A stretch of DNA of 64,000 nucleotides, counting the filler, from Basidiobolus ranarum (taxonomy: Eukaryota): NCBI GenBank assembly GCA_040143965.1. It is 26 parts of 26 records of this genome, joined end to end, with 100 filler letters (N's around TTAATTAATTAA, not from the genome) between each part and the next. Parts side by side here need not be neighbours in the genome. Positions count along the whole stretch, not along the records: positions 12,372 to 14,743 come from JASJQH010010287.1; positions 14,844 to 17,214 come from JASJQH010010288.1; positions 17,315 to 19,684 come from JASJQH010010289.1; positions 19,785 to 22,153 come from JASJQH010010290.1; positions 22,254 to 24,622 come from JASJQH010010291.1; positions 24,723 to 27,090 come from JASJQH010010292.1; 20 more parts are not named here. One strand, written 5' to 3'. The notes beneath the pieces are model-generated. The model searched no databases. It saw only the letters and a list, made by a program, of their open reading frames with translations, and was not told the DNA's origin. The position numbers were made by a program, and so were the translations under genes. Positions 12,372-25,828 of the stretch are shown here, one piece after another (position 1 is the stretch's first letter; every line of letters begins with the position of its first letter).

Positions 12372-14743
12372 AGGAAGGTACAGGCGTTCGAATTATCTTA
12401 TCTGGAGCTCTTGAGGGTGGAAATCCAGCGCTTTCTTACAAGGCTGATCTATTCGATACCGAGATTTCGGCTGTTCGCTACGCCCAAGACTGGGCAAAGG
12501 ACTTCCAGCCTCGTCTAGTCAAAACCTCTTCAGATGGTCGTATTTATGTAGATACTAGAATGAGTCGATTCCTCGGTAAGCCCCCGATCATGGTTCCTGG
12601 TATGACTCCTGCAACTGTAAGCGAGAAATTTGTGGGCGCTACCATCAATGCTGGTTACCACATTGAGTTGGCTGGAGGAGGTCATTTCAGTCCTGAGCAT
12701 CTTCGCCAGAAAGTTCAGAGCATCATGGAAATGACTAAGCCTGGTGAAGGTATCACCATCAACATGCTCTTTTTGAATCCTTTCCAATGGGGATTCCAAT
12801 ATCCCGCTGTGCAAGCTATGCGTCGTGAGGGTTTGCCTATTGAGGGTATTTGTTGCGCTGCTGGTGTTCCTTCCTTGGATAACGCCAATGAGATCATTGC
12901 TAACCTTAAAGGAGCTGGACTTCGTCATATCTCCTTCAAACCAGGAGCCGTCGCTGCTATCAGGGAAGTCATTGCTATCGCTGCTGCCAATCCTGACATG
13001 CCAATCATCATGCAATGGACTGGTGGCCGTGCTGGTGGCCATCACAGTTTCGAAGATGCCCATCAACCTATGTTGGAAGCATACTCTGCAGTTCGCCAAC
13101 AATCTAATATCATTTTGATTGCCGGTTCCGGTTTTGGCGGAGCTGATGATACTTTGCCTTATATTACAGGTGAATGGAGTACAGAATTCGGTTATCCTCC
13201 TATGCCATTTGATGGTGTTCTTCTAGGTTCTAGAGTAATGGTTGCCGCTGAAGGCCAAGCAGCTCTTGACGTTAAGCAAGCTATTGTTGATGCTCCTGGC
13301 GTCGAAGATCATGAATGGGAACAAACATACAAAGGGGAAGCTGGTGGAATCATGACAGTTCGTTCAGAATTGGGTGAACCCATCCATAAAGTTTCAACTC
13401 GTGCCGTTCGTTTCTGGAAGGAAATGGATGATAAGATTTTCAGTCTTGCTAAGGAGAAGCGTGTCGATGCTCTCCTTGCTAAGAAGGATTACTACATTCG
13501 TCGTCTCAATGCTGATTTCCAAAAGCCTTGGTTCGGTAAGAAGGCAGATGGTTCTACTTGCGACCTTGTAGAGATGACTTATTCTGAAGTTGTTAATCGT
13601 TTGGTTGAGCTTCTTTATGTCAAGCATGAGTCTAGATGGTTAGATAACAGTTTGATTGCTATTGTTGGTGATTTCTTACGTAGACTTGAAGAAAGATTCA
13701 TCACTAAGGAACAACCATCAAAATTACAATCTTTCAAAGAACTCTCTACTCCTTTGGAAACCGTTGAAAAGTTCCTCGAATCCTATCCAGACGCTTTTAC
13801 CCAACAGTTGACTACCGAAGATTCTCAATATTTCCTCAATCTTTGTCTTCGTCTTGGTCAGAAGCCTGTCCCATTCATTCCAGTGTTTGATAGCAATATT
13901 GAATTCTGGTTCAAAAAGGATTCTCTTTGGCAAACTGAAGATTTGAGTGCTGTATTGGACCAAGATGTTCAGCGTACTTGTATTCTCCAAGGTCCCGTTG
14001 CTGTTCGTTATTCTACCAAGGTTAACGAACCTATCAAGGAAATGTTGGATAACATCCATGAGGGGCATATTCAAGCTTTGAAGGAACGTTATTATGATAA
14101 CGACGATTCATTGATCCCTGAAATAGAGTACCTCGGTGGTGGACCAATCATTCCCCAACCTACTCTTAAAGACATCAAGGTCACCGTTAAAGAGAATAGC
14201 AAGATCTTCGAAACTTCCGAAAATGGAGCTCTTCCTCCAGTTAACGAATGGTTGGAGCTTATTGCAGGCCCCTCATACGGTTGGGCTAGAGCTTTACTAA
14301 CATCTTCGTTCATCATTCAAGACAAGCTTTTCGTAGACAATTTGGTGAGAAATGTGTTCCGTCCTCGTCCATCACAAAAGGTGGAGGTTAAATATGATAC
14401 TGAGGATAGAGTTAAAAGCATCACTGTCTCAGATAAGCGCTCTTGGAGTCAGTCTTCTCATCTTGATAGCACTTCTTCCGTTTCCATCGAGGCTAAAATC
14501 AATGGCAACACCATTGATGTTACTCTCTATGAAAAGAAAGATGAATCTACTGTACCTTTCGAATTGAAGTACATCTACAATCCTACTCAAGGATATGCTA
14601 CTATTCATGAAGTTATGGAAGGTCGTAATGACCGTATTAAGCAATTTTACTGGACTTTATGGTTTGGTGAAGGCTCTCCTTCTGATATCTCAAGCGATCC
14701 TCACGAGAAGTTTGTTTCCAAGGATTATCCAGTTCTTGGCCAC
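12372..14743 (+). CDS. FAS1: Fungal type I fatty acid synthase, beta-type domains (end of AT, enoyl reductase, start of dehydratase region); internal fragment
   Basis: Frame open across the whole contig. Motifs EGTGVRII, GMTPATV, NAGYHIELAGGG, FKPG, QWTGGRAGGHHSFED, TVRSELGEPIHK, FKKDSLWQ, CILQGPVA. Cannot tell whether it is part of a single-chain FAS. Confidence 0.96.
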
Positions 14744-14843
14744 NNNNNNNNNNNNNNNNNNNNNNNNNNNNNNNNNNNNNNNNNNNNTTAATTAATTAAN
14801 NNNNNNNNNNNNNNNNNNNNNNNNNNNNNNNNNNNNNNNNNNN

Positions 14844-15173
14844 ATTCTCATTATGGCTGGAATACAAAGCCTAAAATATCTAAATAAAGGCATGCATATT
14901 AATTCAAATTCCTACAGCAGTAAACCCAGTAATTTGCCATTCAAAAATTATATTCTTGCAAAAATTGCTGGATATTGAATAACACATGCCAAATTTGAGG
15001 ATCAATATTTAAACATGTATGAATACCACCAAGATACTGTCAAGAAACTGCCATCACATCATCAAAATCCCTGGCAGAATGCAAGCCAACAATATTGTGA
15101 CGGTTCTCTGACAGTTTTGCTATTTCAGAGGGTGGATCTGATCCGGATTAAATCAATTTTATTTTTGTTAGGG
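14844..15173 (+). mobile_element. CMC-like transposon right end
   Basis: End of transposase (RHAY*), CCGTCA/TGACGG-derived subterminal motifs, terminus TTTTTGTTAGGG. Confidence 0.85.
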
Positions 15174-16423
15174 TATTGTTTGTGCACATGAAAGTAGAAA
15201 TCTCATAGGAAAAGTAGCAAACCAACAGACTCTGAATGTTAGAGCTGCTGTCACTTACTCTGATGATGAGTGGTTCAACATTTTGGAAACTTGGCAGAAT
15301 CTTGCCTGAAATCACCTGGATTTCAGCCAATCATGGAAAAACCAATACCAGGTGTTAGTCTGTAGATTCTTGCTTATCTCATGTGACTTATCCTTGGTTC
15401 TTGCATGCAAATGGCAATTGGGCTAGCATAGCCCTATTCATGAAATTCCTAAAGAATGTATGCAATTATTGAATTGGAAAAGAAAGAAAAGCAGCAAAAG
15501 AAGTACTCAAGGAGCAGGAAGATAATAAACCCAAGGGAAAAGCAAGGGAGCCAGTGAGCTTAAGCTCCACTGTCCCACTTAGCATATTCTCTGGACCATT
15601 ACAATGATCTGTATTTCCAGAGTCAGATATACTGGCAAAAAATCTTGATTTCAGCATGAAACCAGGTACACCATTTGGAAGAGTGCTAAATTTGGAAGTT
15701 TATCCAACACCTGGCAGCTCTCAACTAGCCAAAATACCAGCAAATAAAACTCATGCCTCTCCAACCTCAACTGGTACCTTGCAAAGTGTTTAAATTAGCC
15801 CCAAAGTAAAAGGCAAGCAAAAAGCTAGACAAACACTGCAAAGCACCCTCAGTAGTGTCACACTACAAGGATGTACAAAAATAGTCAAAGTTCTTGAGGA
15901 GTATTTTCAAAAGTATGAAGGTAAAAATGCAGTGCAAGTATGTGGAAAGTGGCTTCAGAAGAAGAACATTCAACTTGATATTCAGTCTGGTGTTGACCAT
16001 GCAGATATCTGGAAAGAACTTAATACAGAGTGGCACAATGTTGCAGGGTATCTGCCAGATAGCTGGAAGAATGTTGATTCAGCAATATTAATACAATGGT
16101 GGGCTTTGATGGAGATATTGATACAAATGCATGATGATGATGAGTTAAGTCTTGGGTATGAAGAGCTCTATAAAAATATTCAGGAGAATATATCAAAGAA
16201 ACTTGGGATTTCAAAGGTGACAAATTAGCATTCAAGTGGTAAGGGTGTAAAATTTGAGTTACATTTTTTGCACATGTGCTCATCCATAGTTCTCTGAGAT
16301 TGTAGCCAATCATGTACAACTATTTTGTGAGATCTTGAAGGTTCACTCCTGAAACAGAGAAAATTGATTAAAATCAAATCTAGTGGTTTTCCTACAATAA
16401 CAATCTTCAAATTTCTGTTGGGG
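15174..16423 (+). mobile_element. CMC-like transposon: 3' part of the unknown second gene and left end
   Basis: KKNIQLDIQSGVDHADIWKELNTEW... reads toward the terminus TTTCTGTTGGGG. Homologous to 22254-23178, 23318-24622 and 33248-34066. Confidence 0.85.
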
Positions 16424-16881
16424 TGGGCCACACAGATCTGAGTTTATCAGGCCCAATTTTTGATCAATTTTGCTTGTTCCAGAGCCTGCAAATGGCTGTC
16501 TGTGTTGCTACCATATAGGCAACCTTCACATAGCTCCAGATTCAGTGGAATTATGAAATTTAGTCTCAAAACCTTCTTGTTTTTGATCAAATTTCTTATA
16601 TTTTCAGCTCCTAGATGAACAAACCTCTTACGCCAGATTTTCCAATCTATCTCTTCAGCTGTGGCAGAATTAACTTGTTCATATATTGGCCTAATAAAAT
16701 GAAGTTTGTGCAAGTTATTTAGCTTAGCTCCAGAAGCTATATAATTCCCTGTTTGATCCCTGATTGTAGAGCCATTTTGGTCAAAATTAATGCAATATCC
16801 CTCTGATTTAGCCTTACTCACTGATAACAACTTTTTTGCTATCCCAGGCACATATAGCACATTTTTCAGCATCAAGTACAT
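16424..16881 (-). mobile_element. Copia protease / GAG-pre-integrase fragment
   Basis: LKNVLYVPGIAKKLLSVSK, WRKRFVHLG, CEGCLYG. Confidence 0.88.
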
Positions 16882-16915
16882 GTCCCAGAAATGCCCCCAA
16901 GATCCAGTTCAATTT

Positions 16916-17214
16916 TGTTGAAGTTTATTGTCTTTATCATATTTGTTATCTTTATCTTTATACACCTAACTATTTCATATATCACATATAAGATAGTTAA
17001 CATTACTTAGTCAAATATCACTTAGCTGAAAATTGGAACATATATTATTTATATATGTGAATGATGTGAGAATTAGCAATTCCATATTGGAAATTTCAAA
17101 CTCGTCCAAATTGCCCCAAAGATAGCTCATTTTACTCCCACAGATGTTCTGAACACAACACCAGTGTTAGTTTTCTGTATTTCCACCAAAATGTATAAAT
17201 GCTTAATTTCTGGT
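16916..17214 (+). mobile_element. Copia LTR family D (partial)
   Basis: Starts TGTTGAAGTTTATTG. Homologous to 42184-42559 (-), which adjoins a PBS and gag, and to 24828-24963 (-). Confidence 0.8.
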
Positions 17215-17314
17215 NNNNNNNNNNNNNNNNNNNNNNNNNNNNNNNNNNNNNNNNNNNNTTAATTAATTAANNNNNNNNNNNNNNNNNNNNNNNNNNNNNN
17301 NNNNNNNNNNNNNN

Positions 17315-19684
17315 CTCTCCATTGAGGCACATGGAATAAGCCAAAACATCAAAAATGGTTGGGAAACACTTGAGGGACTAAATGGGGCTAATAGTCAGGC
17401 TACTGGGCTAAATTGTAGGCATAAATATTCTCAATTCAGATTTATTCTGATGCTTCCATGCTGAGCCATATAAATTGGATAAAAACCCTGGCAGATCAGC
17501 TCTCATCCATTGGAGCACCTCTAAATAAAGATGACTTAGTCTTTACACTACTTGGGAGCCCATCAAACAAATTTGGGAACCTCATGATTGCCCTAGAATC
17601 AAGAGCAGAGTCTTTAACAATGGAATAAGTTGGTGCTAGGCTTCCAAATGTGAATATAAGGAGATCTAATTGTCAGCAAAATAATACAGAACAGGAATTT
17701 TTTGAAACAGCAAAAGATCCAACAGGCTTCATGATGGTGCCCCATATAGGAAATTGATCATCTTAAGGTATTGCAAGAAACTGGGTCAGTTAATCAAAGA
17801 TTGCAGAAGAAGGAACTTTGCTAAAAAGCTAAACTTGGGACAAGCAAATCAAGTAAGCACTGATAGGGATCATCTATTTGTGTCTGCCCAATGAGTAACT
17901 ACTAAATATGACTCAGACTCATGGTACATTCATTCAGGAGCTTCCCAACATATTGTTGCAATGAGATAAATAGCAACTCATTATTTAGTAGTTAGTTTAC
18001 TGATATTCTGATTATTTAGCACTCAATTCTGTCATTCAAAAATGTGTGTTTATTGCTCTAATTGATAGAATTATTAATTGGATCACTTTTACCACTTTTC
18101 ACTATTTTCTCAACACTTCTTCATATCATCTCATTTTCTCACCCATGCTTAACAGGCATGTTAGTTATGATCTAAGCATGTCCAATAGTCCTATTTCATA
18201 GTAAACTATATATAGGACATATTCAATTCAAAAAGATTTAAGTGTCTAATTCACAAAACCAAATCTTGTCCAAAACACTTCCAAATCCTCTAAACACTTT
18301 TATCAGGTTATGAGCCCTGAGCTAGCTGATAAAGGAATGTCTACCAGTACTATTACTAACATTTTTGCATCCACATAGAGGTTTGATGATAAAGACTTTC
18401 ACATTTGGAAGTTCAAGATTCAAATGGTGCTAGAAGAAAAGGACCTTTACGGATTTGTTACAGGAGAAGAAATAGAGCCAAAGGGATCACCAGAAGCTAT
18501 CCTTGCCTTTCACAAGAAGCAGAGGAAAGCACTCTCTAAACTTTGTCTACATCTCAGAGATTCTCAATTGAGGCATATACAATCAGACAAAAACGTCCAA
18601 GATGCTTGGGAAGCATGTGAGGGACTATACAAGACTAAAAGTCTGGCTAATAAGCTATAGCTTAGGTGAAAATTAATCTCAATTCAGATGAATCCTGACG
18701 ATTTGATGCTTAATGATATAAATTGGATAAACACTGTGGCAGATCAGCTCTGCTCCATTAGAGCACTGCTAAATGAAGACAACTTAGTCATGATACTACT
18801 TGGGAGCCTTCCGGAGAAGTTTGGAACCTCATAATTGCCCTAGAATAAAGATCAGAGTGATTAACCATGGAATATGTTGGTGCTAGCCTTTTGTATGGAG
18901 AATTAAGGAGATCTATTTCTCAGCAAAATAATACAGAACAGGCATTTTTTGGAGCTGTAAAATGTCAAACAGGCTTCAATAATGGTGCCCCTATTAGGAA
19001 ATTATTCATCTGCAAGTATTGCAAGAAACCAGGCCATTTGATCAAAGATTGCTATGAAAAGGATTTTTGCCAAAAAGCTAAAATTGGAACAAGCAAATTA
19101 AGTAAGCACTGATACAGATCATCTACTTGAGTCTGCCTTATCAGTAACCACTAAAGAAGACACAGAAATATGGGACATTGATTCAAGAGCTTCCCAGCAT
19201 ATGTCAAGCAGGAAAGAAGGGTTTTGCATCTTGAAACCAATCCAAACAAGGAAAGTCTACTTAGGTGAGGACTTTGCACTAAATGCAGTTGGTATGGGCA
19301 CAGTTGTACCCATATTTAGACCAAAACTAAGCTACACCATCTGCAAAATTAGACAATGTACTCTATGAACTAAATAAAATTAAGAATCTAATCTCAGTAA
19401 GCCAAGCAACATCTCAGGGATTAAGTTCTGTGTTCAGCAAGGCTGGATGCACTACAACAGATCAGAATTATACCAAATTAGCTGCTAGGATCTAAACTCA
19501 AATCTTATACAAGCTAGATATCAACAAATGTATTCTGAGCATGCAAACTTGTCCAAAACTGGTGAAATAAGTTGTCAAACATGGCATAGAAGTTTAGGCC
19601 ATATTGGGGAACTAAAACTGATGCATATGACCCAAAATCAGCTTGTTTCAGGCTTGGGAATTGGAAATAGCACTAAATTAAATC
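17315..19684 (+). mobile_element. Copia family B (LTR 17954-18305, PBS 18306-18317, gag-pol) inserted into another family B copy
   Basis: PBS GGTTATGAGCCC, CKYCKKPGHLIKDC zinc knuckle, DSRASQHM protease motif, WHRSLGH. The host copy is cut just after SGASQH. Confidence 0.92.
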
Positions 19685-19784
19685 NNNNNNNNNNNNNNNN
19701 NNNNNNNNNNNNNNNNNNNNNNNNNNNNTTAATTAATTAANNNNNNNNNNNNNNNNNNNNNNNNNNNNNNNNNNNNNNNNNNNN

Positions 19785-19958
19785 TTGAATGTGTAATAAT
19801 GTCTAAAAGTACTTTTCTTAAACATACCACATGAGCAAAATATACTGTTTCCAAAATGGTAAATAACATCGTGCCGGATAGTGCCCAATCATGCCTATTT
19901 GTGCTGGCACACTTTTTAGCTGGCCTGATCTGGCTCAATAAAATGGAACAAGTCTATT
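19785..19958. mobile_element. Second copy of the ...GGAACAAGTC DNA transposon end
   Basis: Matches 255-425. Confidence 0.6.
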
Positions 19959-20035
19959 AGTGAAATTAATCAAATATTCATCTGATGTGGCCCAAAATAC
20001 CTCAAATCCAAGCCAGGAGTTCCCTTAAAATCTAT

Positions 20036-22153
20036 GCGATGAAATTTGGTAAATGCAACTCATTATAAAATAGTTAGCTTATTCATATTCTTATTATTTA
20101 GCACTCAATTTTGCCAATCCAAATTTTGTTTTTTGCTCTAAACAACAGATATATCAAATAGATCACTTTTATCAATTTTGACTATTTTCTTGAATTGTCT
20201 CTAAATCATCTCAAATTTTTGCCCATGAATAAACAAGCATGGTTGTTATGTTCTAAGCATGTCCAGTATTTCTATTTCATAGTAAACTCTAAACAGTACC
20301 TGTTCAATTCAATAAAACTTAAGTGTCCATTTAACAAATCCAAATCTTTTCTAAAATACTTCCAAATGACCTATGCACTTTTATCAGCTTATGAGCCCCA
20401 AGCTAGCTGCTAAACAAATCTTCACCAGAACTATAACCAAAGTTATTACATCCACAGAGTAGCTTGATGGTGATGATTTTCACCTCTGGAAGTTCAAGAA
20501 GCAAATGGTGATAGAAAACAAAGACCTTTGGGGATTTGTTACAGAAGAAGAAAGAGTGTTACAGGGACCACCAAAGCTATCCTTGCTTTTGAAATAAGCA
20601 GAGAAAAGAACTCTAAACACTTTGTCCACATCTCAGAGACTTTCAATTGAGGCACATACACTCAGCCAAAAACATCCACTCTCCTTGGGAAACACTTGAA
20701 GGAAGATATGGGACTAAAAGTCTGGCTACTAGGCCATATTGTAGACCATAATTATTCTCAATTTGGATGTTTTTGGATGATTCTACAGATAAGCATGTAA
20801 GTTAGATTAAAGCTATGGCAGATCAGCTCTCATCAAATGGAGCACCTCTAGATGAAGATAATTTGGGCATGATGCAACTAGGGAGCCTGCCAGATGGGTT
20901 TGCTACTTTAATATTCCCCTGAATTCAAGATCAGGCCCATTAACATTAGATTATGTTGGTGCTGAGCTTTTGAATGAGGAATTAAAGAGATTGAATTCTT
21001 GGAAAATTAATGCAGATCAGGTATTTTTTGCAGCTATAAAATGTCCACTGACAATGATGGTGCCCCTAATAGGAAAACTATGATCTGCCAGTATTGCATG
21101 AAACCAGCCCATTTAATCAAAAATTGGAGAAAAAGGATTTTTGCCAAAAAGCTAAAATCAGAACATGCAAATCAAGTAAGCACTGATTGGGATCAAATAT
21201 CTGTGTTGGTCTTATCAGTAACAACTAAAGAAGACTTGGAAATATGATACGTTGATTCAGGAGCTTCCTAGTATATGTCAAAGAAGAAAGATTGGTTTCT
21301 GCAAAATTGGGTGATGTGCTCTATGTACCACATATAGCCAAGAATCTACTCTCAGTAAGCCAAGCAACAGCTCAAGGACTAAATTTTGGTCTGGCATGGT
21401 TGGATGCACTATTGCAGATCAGAATATTCCCAATTAGCTGTTGTGATGAAAACTCAAAACTTATACAAGCCAAAATTCAACAAATTGCATTAAGTGTCAA
21501 CTGTGGCATGGACAGTGAGGCCACATTTAGGAACAGACACACACTTAAATGATACATTCTCAGCTTGCTTCAGGCTTGTAAACTGAAAATATCACCAAAA
21601 TGGATCTGTGTGAAGGTTACATATATGGAAAAAATCACAGACAGCTGTTTTGAAGCTCTGGAGAGATCAGATCCACTCGGAATTTTGTTCTGATTCATTC
21701 TTAGCTATATGGGCCCATGTGAATGTCTCACTAGGTGGCAAATGGTACTCTATGACCTTTATGGATGACAAAACAAGATCTACTTGGGTATTTTTTCTCA
21801 AATCAAATGTGACGCCTAGGCACATTCAGGCACTACATAGCAATGGTAGAGAAAGGATCAGTGCAGAAAATAAGAGTAGTAAGAAGGGATAATGGTGGAT
21901 AATATGCTCTAAAGACTTTGCTAGTTTTTGTTCTAAACATGGACTTAAGCAACAAACTACTGGACCTTATACTCCACAGCAAAATGGAGTTGCAGACCAT
22001 GCTATTAGTACCATAGTGGAGATGGAAAGATGATTGTTACATGATAAAATTGAGATTCCCATTATTGGGCTTGATCTGTCACCACTGCAGCCTATATCAA
22101 AAACAGCAGCCTAAAAACAATCCTACAAAACTCTTCTACATTTGAAGACCTCT
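20036..22153 (+). mobile_element. Copia B 5' LTR, PBS, degenerate gag-protease-integrase
   Basis: LTR-B to 20386, GCTTATGAGCCC, CQYCMKPAH, FMDDKTRSTWV, DNGG, PYTPQQNGVA. Confidence 0.92.
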
Positions 22154-22253
22154 NNNNNNNNNNNNNNNNNNNNNNNNNNNNNNNNNNNNNNNNNNNNTTA
22201 ATTAATTAANNNNNNNNNNNNNNNNNNNNNNNNNNNNNNNNNNNNNNNNNNNN

Positions 22254-23178
22254 GTGGGCTTAGGCACTATTGCCCCATATACCAAATACTTAACATTGTT
22301 ACAAAGATCTGCATATCCAGAGTCAGATATACCTGCAAAAAAGCTTAATTTCACCATGGAACCAGGCAAACCAGTTGGAAGAGTGCAAGATTGGGAAGTT
22401 TATCCAAAACCTGGCATCTCTCAAAAAGTCAAAACACCAGTAAATAAAATTTACAGCTCTCCAACCTCAACTGGTACTTTTCAAAGTGTTGAAATTAGCC
22501 CCAAGCTTAAAGGTAAGCAAAAAGCCACACAAACACTGCAAAGCACCCTCAATACTAACATACTACAAGGATGTATAAAATTAGTCAAAGTGCTGGAGGA
22601 GTATTTTCAAAAGTATGAAGGGAAAAACATAGCACAAGTATGCACAAAGTGGCTTTGGAAGAAGAACATTCAACTTGACATTCAGTCTGGTGTTGACCAT
22701 GCAGATATCTGGGAAAAACTTAATACAGAGTGACACAATATCAAGTGTATCTGCCAGAGAGCTTGAAGAATGTTGATTCAGCAACATTTATACAATAATG
22801 AGCTTTGTTGGAGATATTGATACAAACTCTTGTGGGGTATGAGCTAAACCTTGGTTATGAAGAACTCTATAAAAATATTAAGGAGAATATATCAAAGAAA
22901 CCAGGGATTTTCAAGATGACTAATTAGCATTCATGTGTTAAATGTGTCAAATCTGAGTCAAGTTTTCTATACATGTGTTGATTCATTGTTCTCTGAGATT
23001 GTAGCCAATCATGTGCAACTACTTTGCAAGACCTTGAAACTTTATTCCTGAAACTGAAAAAATTGATTTAAATCAAATCCAGCTTGACAATATATGACAG
23101 TAAGTAAATGGTCAATCCCTAATAGATTAAAATTGTGATGGTTCTTCTACAATAACAATCCCCAAATTTCTGTTACGG
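22254..23178 (+). mobile_element. CMC-like second gene 3' part and left end
   Basis: ORF 22254-22733; terminus TTTCTGTTACGG. Confidence 0.85.
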
Positions 23179-23317
23179 TATGGTCAACATCTAACAGCAT
23201 GCCCTCAAAGTTCTCTGGACTTAATGGTTTGATCAAAGTTGCATTTCCACCTGCATCATTCTGGTTGTAAAACTGTGCTAACTCCATGGTATCTTGACTT
23301 TCAGCAGTGTCACCAAA

Positions 23318-24622
23318 CCCTAACAGAAATTTGAGATTTGTTATTATAGGAAAAGCATCTCAAATTGAATACATTTTGGATTGACTATTTACTTGACATC
23401 AAAAAATTGTCAAGTTAGATTTGATATTTATCAATTTTTTCAGTTTCAGGAGTGAAATTTCAAGATCTCACAATGTAGATGCACATGATTGTCTACACTC
23501 TCAGAGAACTATGGAGCAACACATGTCCAAAAAATATAACTCAAATTTTACACATTTAGCACTTGAATATTAATTTGTCACCTTTGCAATTCTGAATTTT
23601 TTTTAATGTAATTGCCTGAATTTTTATAGAGGACTTGTTCCATTGTGCCAGGATTTATCAGACCTTGGATCAATATATTAGAGTAAACATGATTGAAATT
23701 GATCATGCCAGAGAGTGCTGGATAGTGCCAAATTGTGCCGCATCAATTTTAGAATGCTTTATCCAATATGATATATAAAGCACAATCTGGCACTATCACA
23801 GGGAACAAGTCCAAGGTTTAGCTCATATCCAACACAAGTTTGCATCAATATATCTATCAAGGCTCACTATTGTATTAATGCTGTGGAATCAACATTCTTC
23901 CAGCTATCTGGTGGATACCCTGCAACATTGTGCCACTCTATATTAAGTCCTTCCCAGACATCTGCATGGTCAATGCCAGACTGGATGTCAACTTGAATGT
24001 TCTTCTACTGGAGCCACTTTTGCACACTTGCACTGCATTTTTCCCTTTGTATCCTTTGAAAACACTTCTCAAGCACAGTGAGTATTTTTATATGACGTTG
24101 TAGTGTGACACTACTGAGGGTCCTTTGTAGTGTTTGTGTGGCTTTTTGCTTGCCTTTGAGTTTGGGATAATTTCAGCACTTTGAAAAGTACCTGTTGAGG
24201 TTGGAGGGCCATGAGTTTTATTTGCCAGAGTTTTGGCTTCTTGAGAGATGCCAGGGGTTGGATTAACTTTCAAGTTTAGCACTCTTGCAACCAGTGTACC
24301 TGGTTGCATGGTGAAATTAAGCCTTTTTGCCAGTAAATCTGACTCTGGTAATAAAGATCTTTGTAATGGTATGAAGAATTTTGTAAGTGGCACAGTAGAA
24401 CTTAAGCACACTGGCTCTTTGCTTTTTCCTTGGGTTTACTATTTTCCTGCAACTGTTATACTTCTTTAGCTTCTTTTCTTTCTTTTCCAAGTTGATAGTT
24501 GCATACATTTTTGAGATGTTTCATGACTAGGCCTATACTAGCACAATTGCCATTTGCTTGCAAAAACCCAGGATAAGCCATGTGAAATAAGTCAAGAACC
24601 TTCAGAGTAATGCCTGGTTTTG
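23318..24622 (-). mobile_element. CMC-like left end and second gene (inverted copy)
   Basis: Starts CCCTAACAGAAATTTG. ORF 24088-24411 is homologous to 22254-22733. Confidence 0.85.
23631..23812. mobile_element. 182-bp MITE, TIR GGACTTGTTCC...GGAACAAGTCC
   Basis: Perfect 11-bp TIR. Absent from other copies of the host element. Inverted second copy at 54984-55165. Confidence 0.88.
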
Positions 24623-24722
24623 NNNNNNNNNNNNNNNNNNNNNNNNNNNNNNNNNNNNNNNNNNNNTTAATTAATTAANNNNNNNNNNNNNNNNNNNNNN
24701 NNNNNNNNNNNNNNNNNNNNNN

Positions 24723-25828
24723 CAAAACTATAAATGTCAACTTTCTACTCAATAAATCAACAAGTGAAAACCACCAATTCCTCTAATTCTCCAAACCACT
24801 TCCAACAGGCTCCCAAATACTTTAACATATATAATATATGTTCTGATTTTCAGCTAAGTAATATTTGACTAAGTAATGTTTACTAACTTATATGTGATAT
24901 ATGAAATAGTTAGGTGTATAAAGATAGAGATAATTAATATGATAAAGACAATAAACTTCAACATATAATACACATATCCTGGATCAAACTTTGATCTGAT
25001 AAGATATTTGGATGTAAATTGGGGAAAAGATATTGAAGACAGGAGATCTACAATATGACACTTATTTCTTCTCTGTAATGTAGCTATTTCTTTGAATTCT
25101 AGGAAACAACCTACCTTGGCACTTTCAACAACAGAAGCAGAGTACATGGCTGCCTGTGAAGAAACAAAAGAAGCAATACGGTAAAGAAAACTTCAAATAG
25201 ATTTAGGTTATTCTCAACATTTGCCAACCACTATATTTCAAGATAATCAAAGTTGTATCTAATTAGCTAAAAATCCCACTTCACATGATAGAAGCAATCA
25301 TATAGATGTTAGACATCACTTCATTAAAGAGACTATAGACAATAAGTTTATTGACTTAATATATTGCTCTACAAAAGACATAATTGCTGCTATATTAACC
25401 AAAACATTAGCTAGATAGAAATTTGGGAAATTTAAACCTTCCTTAGGATTACTTTATATGACTATTTAGTTGAGGGAGAGTGTTGAAATTAGCATTGCCT
25501 AAGCACCTATATAGTCATATATAGCTTGGTACTTAGTTATCTTATATTTGACAAAGATATTGTCCATTATTCTCAATCAGAATTTACTTCAAATGTTTTT
25601 AGCAACTTGGAAGCTCTTAGATATATAGAATTTACAGACTTATGCTAAAAGCCCTAAACTTTGCACACATGTTCCTGGGGCCTTCCTTAAAATATTCTAC
25701 ATGTTAGTTTGCTTACATCTTGGCAAAACTAAAAGTGTAAACTCTCTACTCAAATAATCAGCAAGTGAAGGCCACCAATTTCTCTCATTCTCCAAAGCAC
25801 TTCCAGCAGGCTCCCAAATACTTTGACA
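24723..25828 (+). mobile_element. LTR-A end, inverted LTR-D end, copia RNase H, PPT and full LTR-A (25481-25828)
   Basis: ALSTTEAEYMAACE, FQDNQSCI, HIDVRHHFI; PPT TTGAGGGAGAG. Confidence 0.9.

Noticed and set aside
12530-14644. Antisense and alternate-frame ORFs over FAS
   Set aside because: Shadows of a codon-biased real gene, with no recognisable motifs.
9900-14743. IF2-FAS gene cluster
   Set aside because: The genes are on different contigs; adjacency comes only from length sorting.
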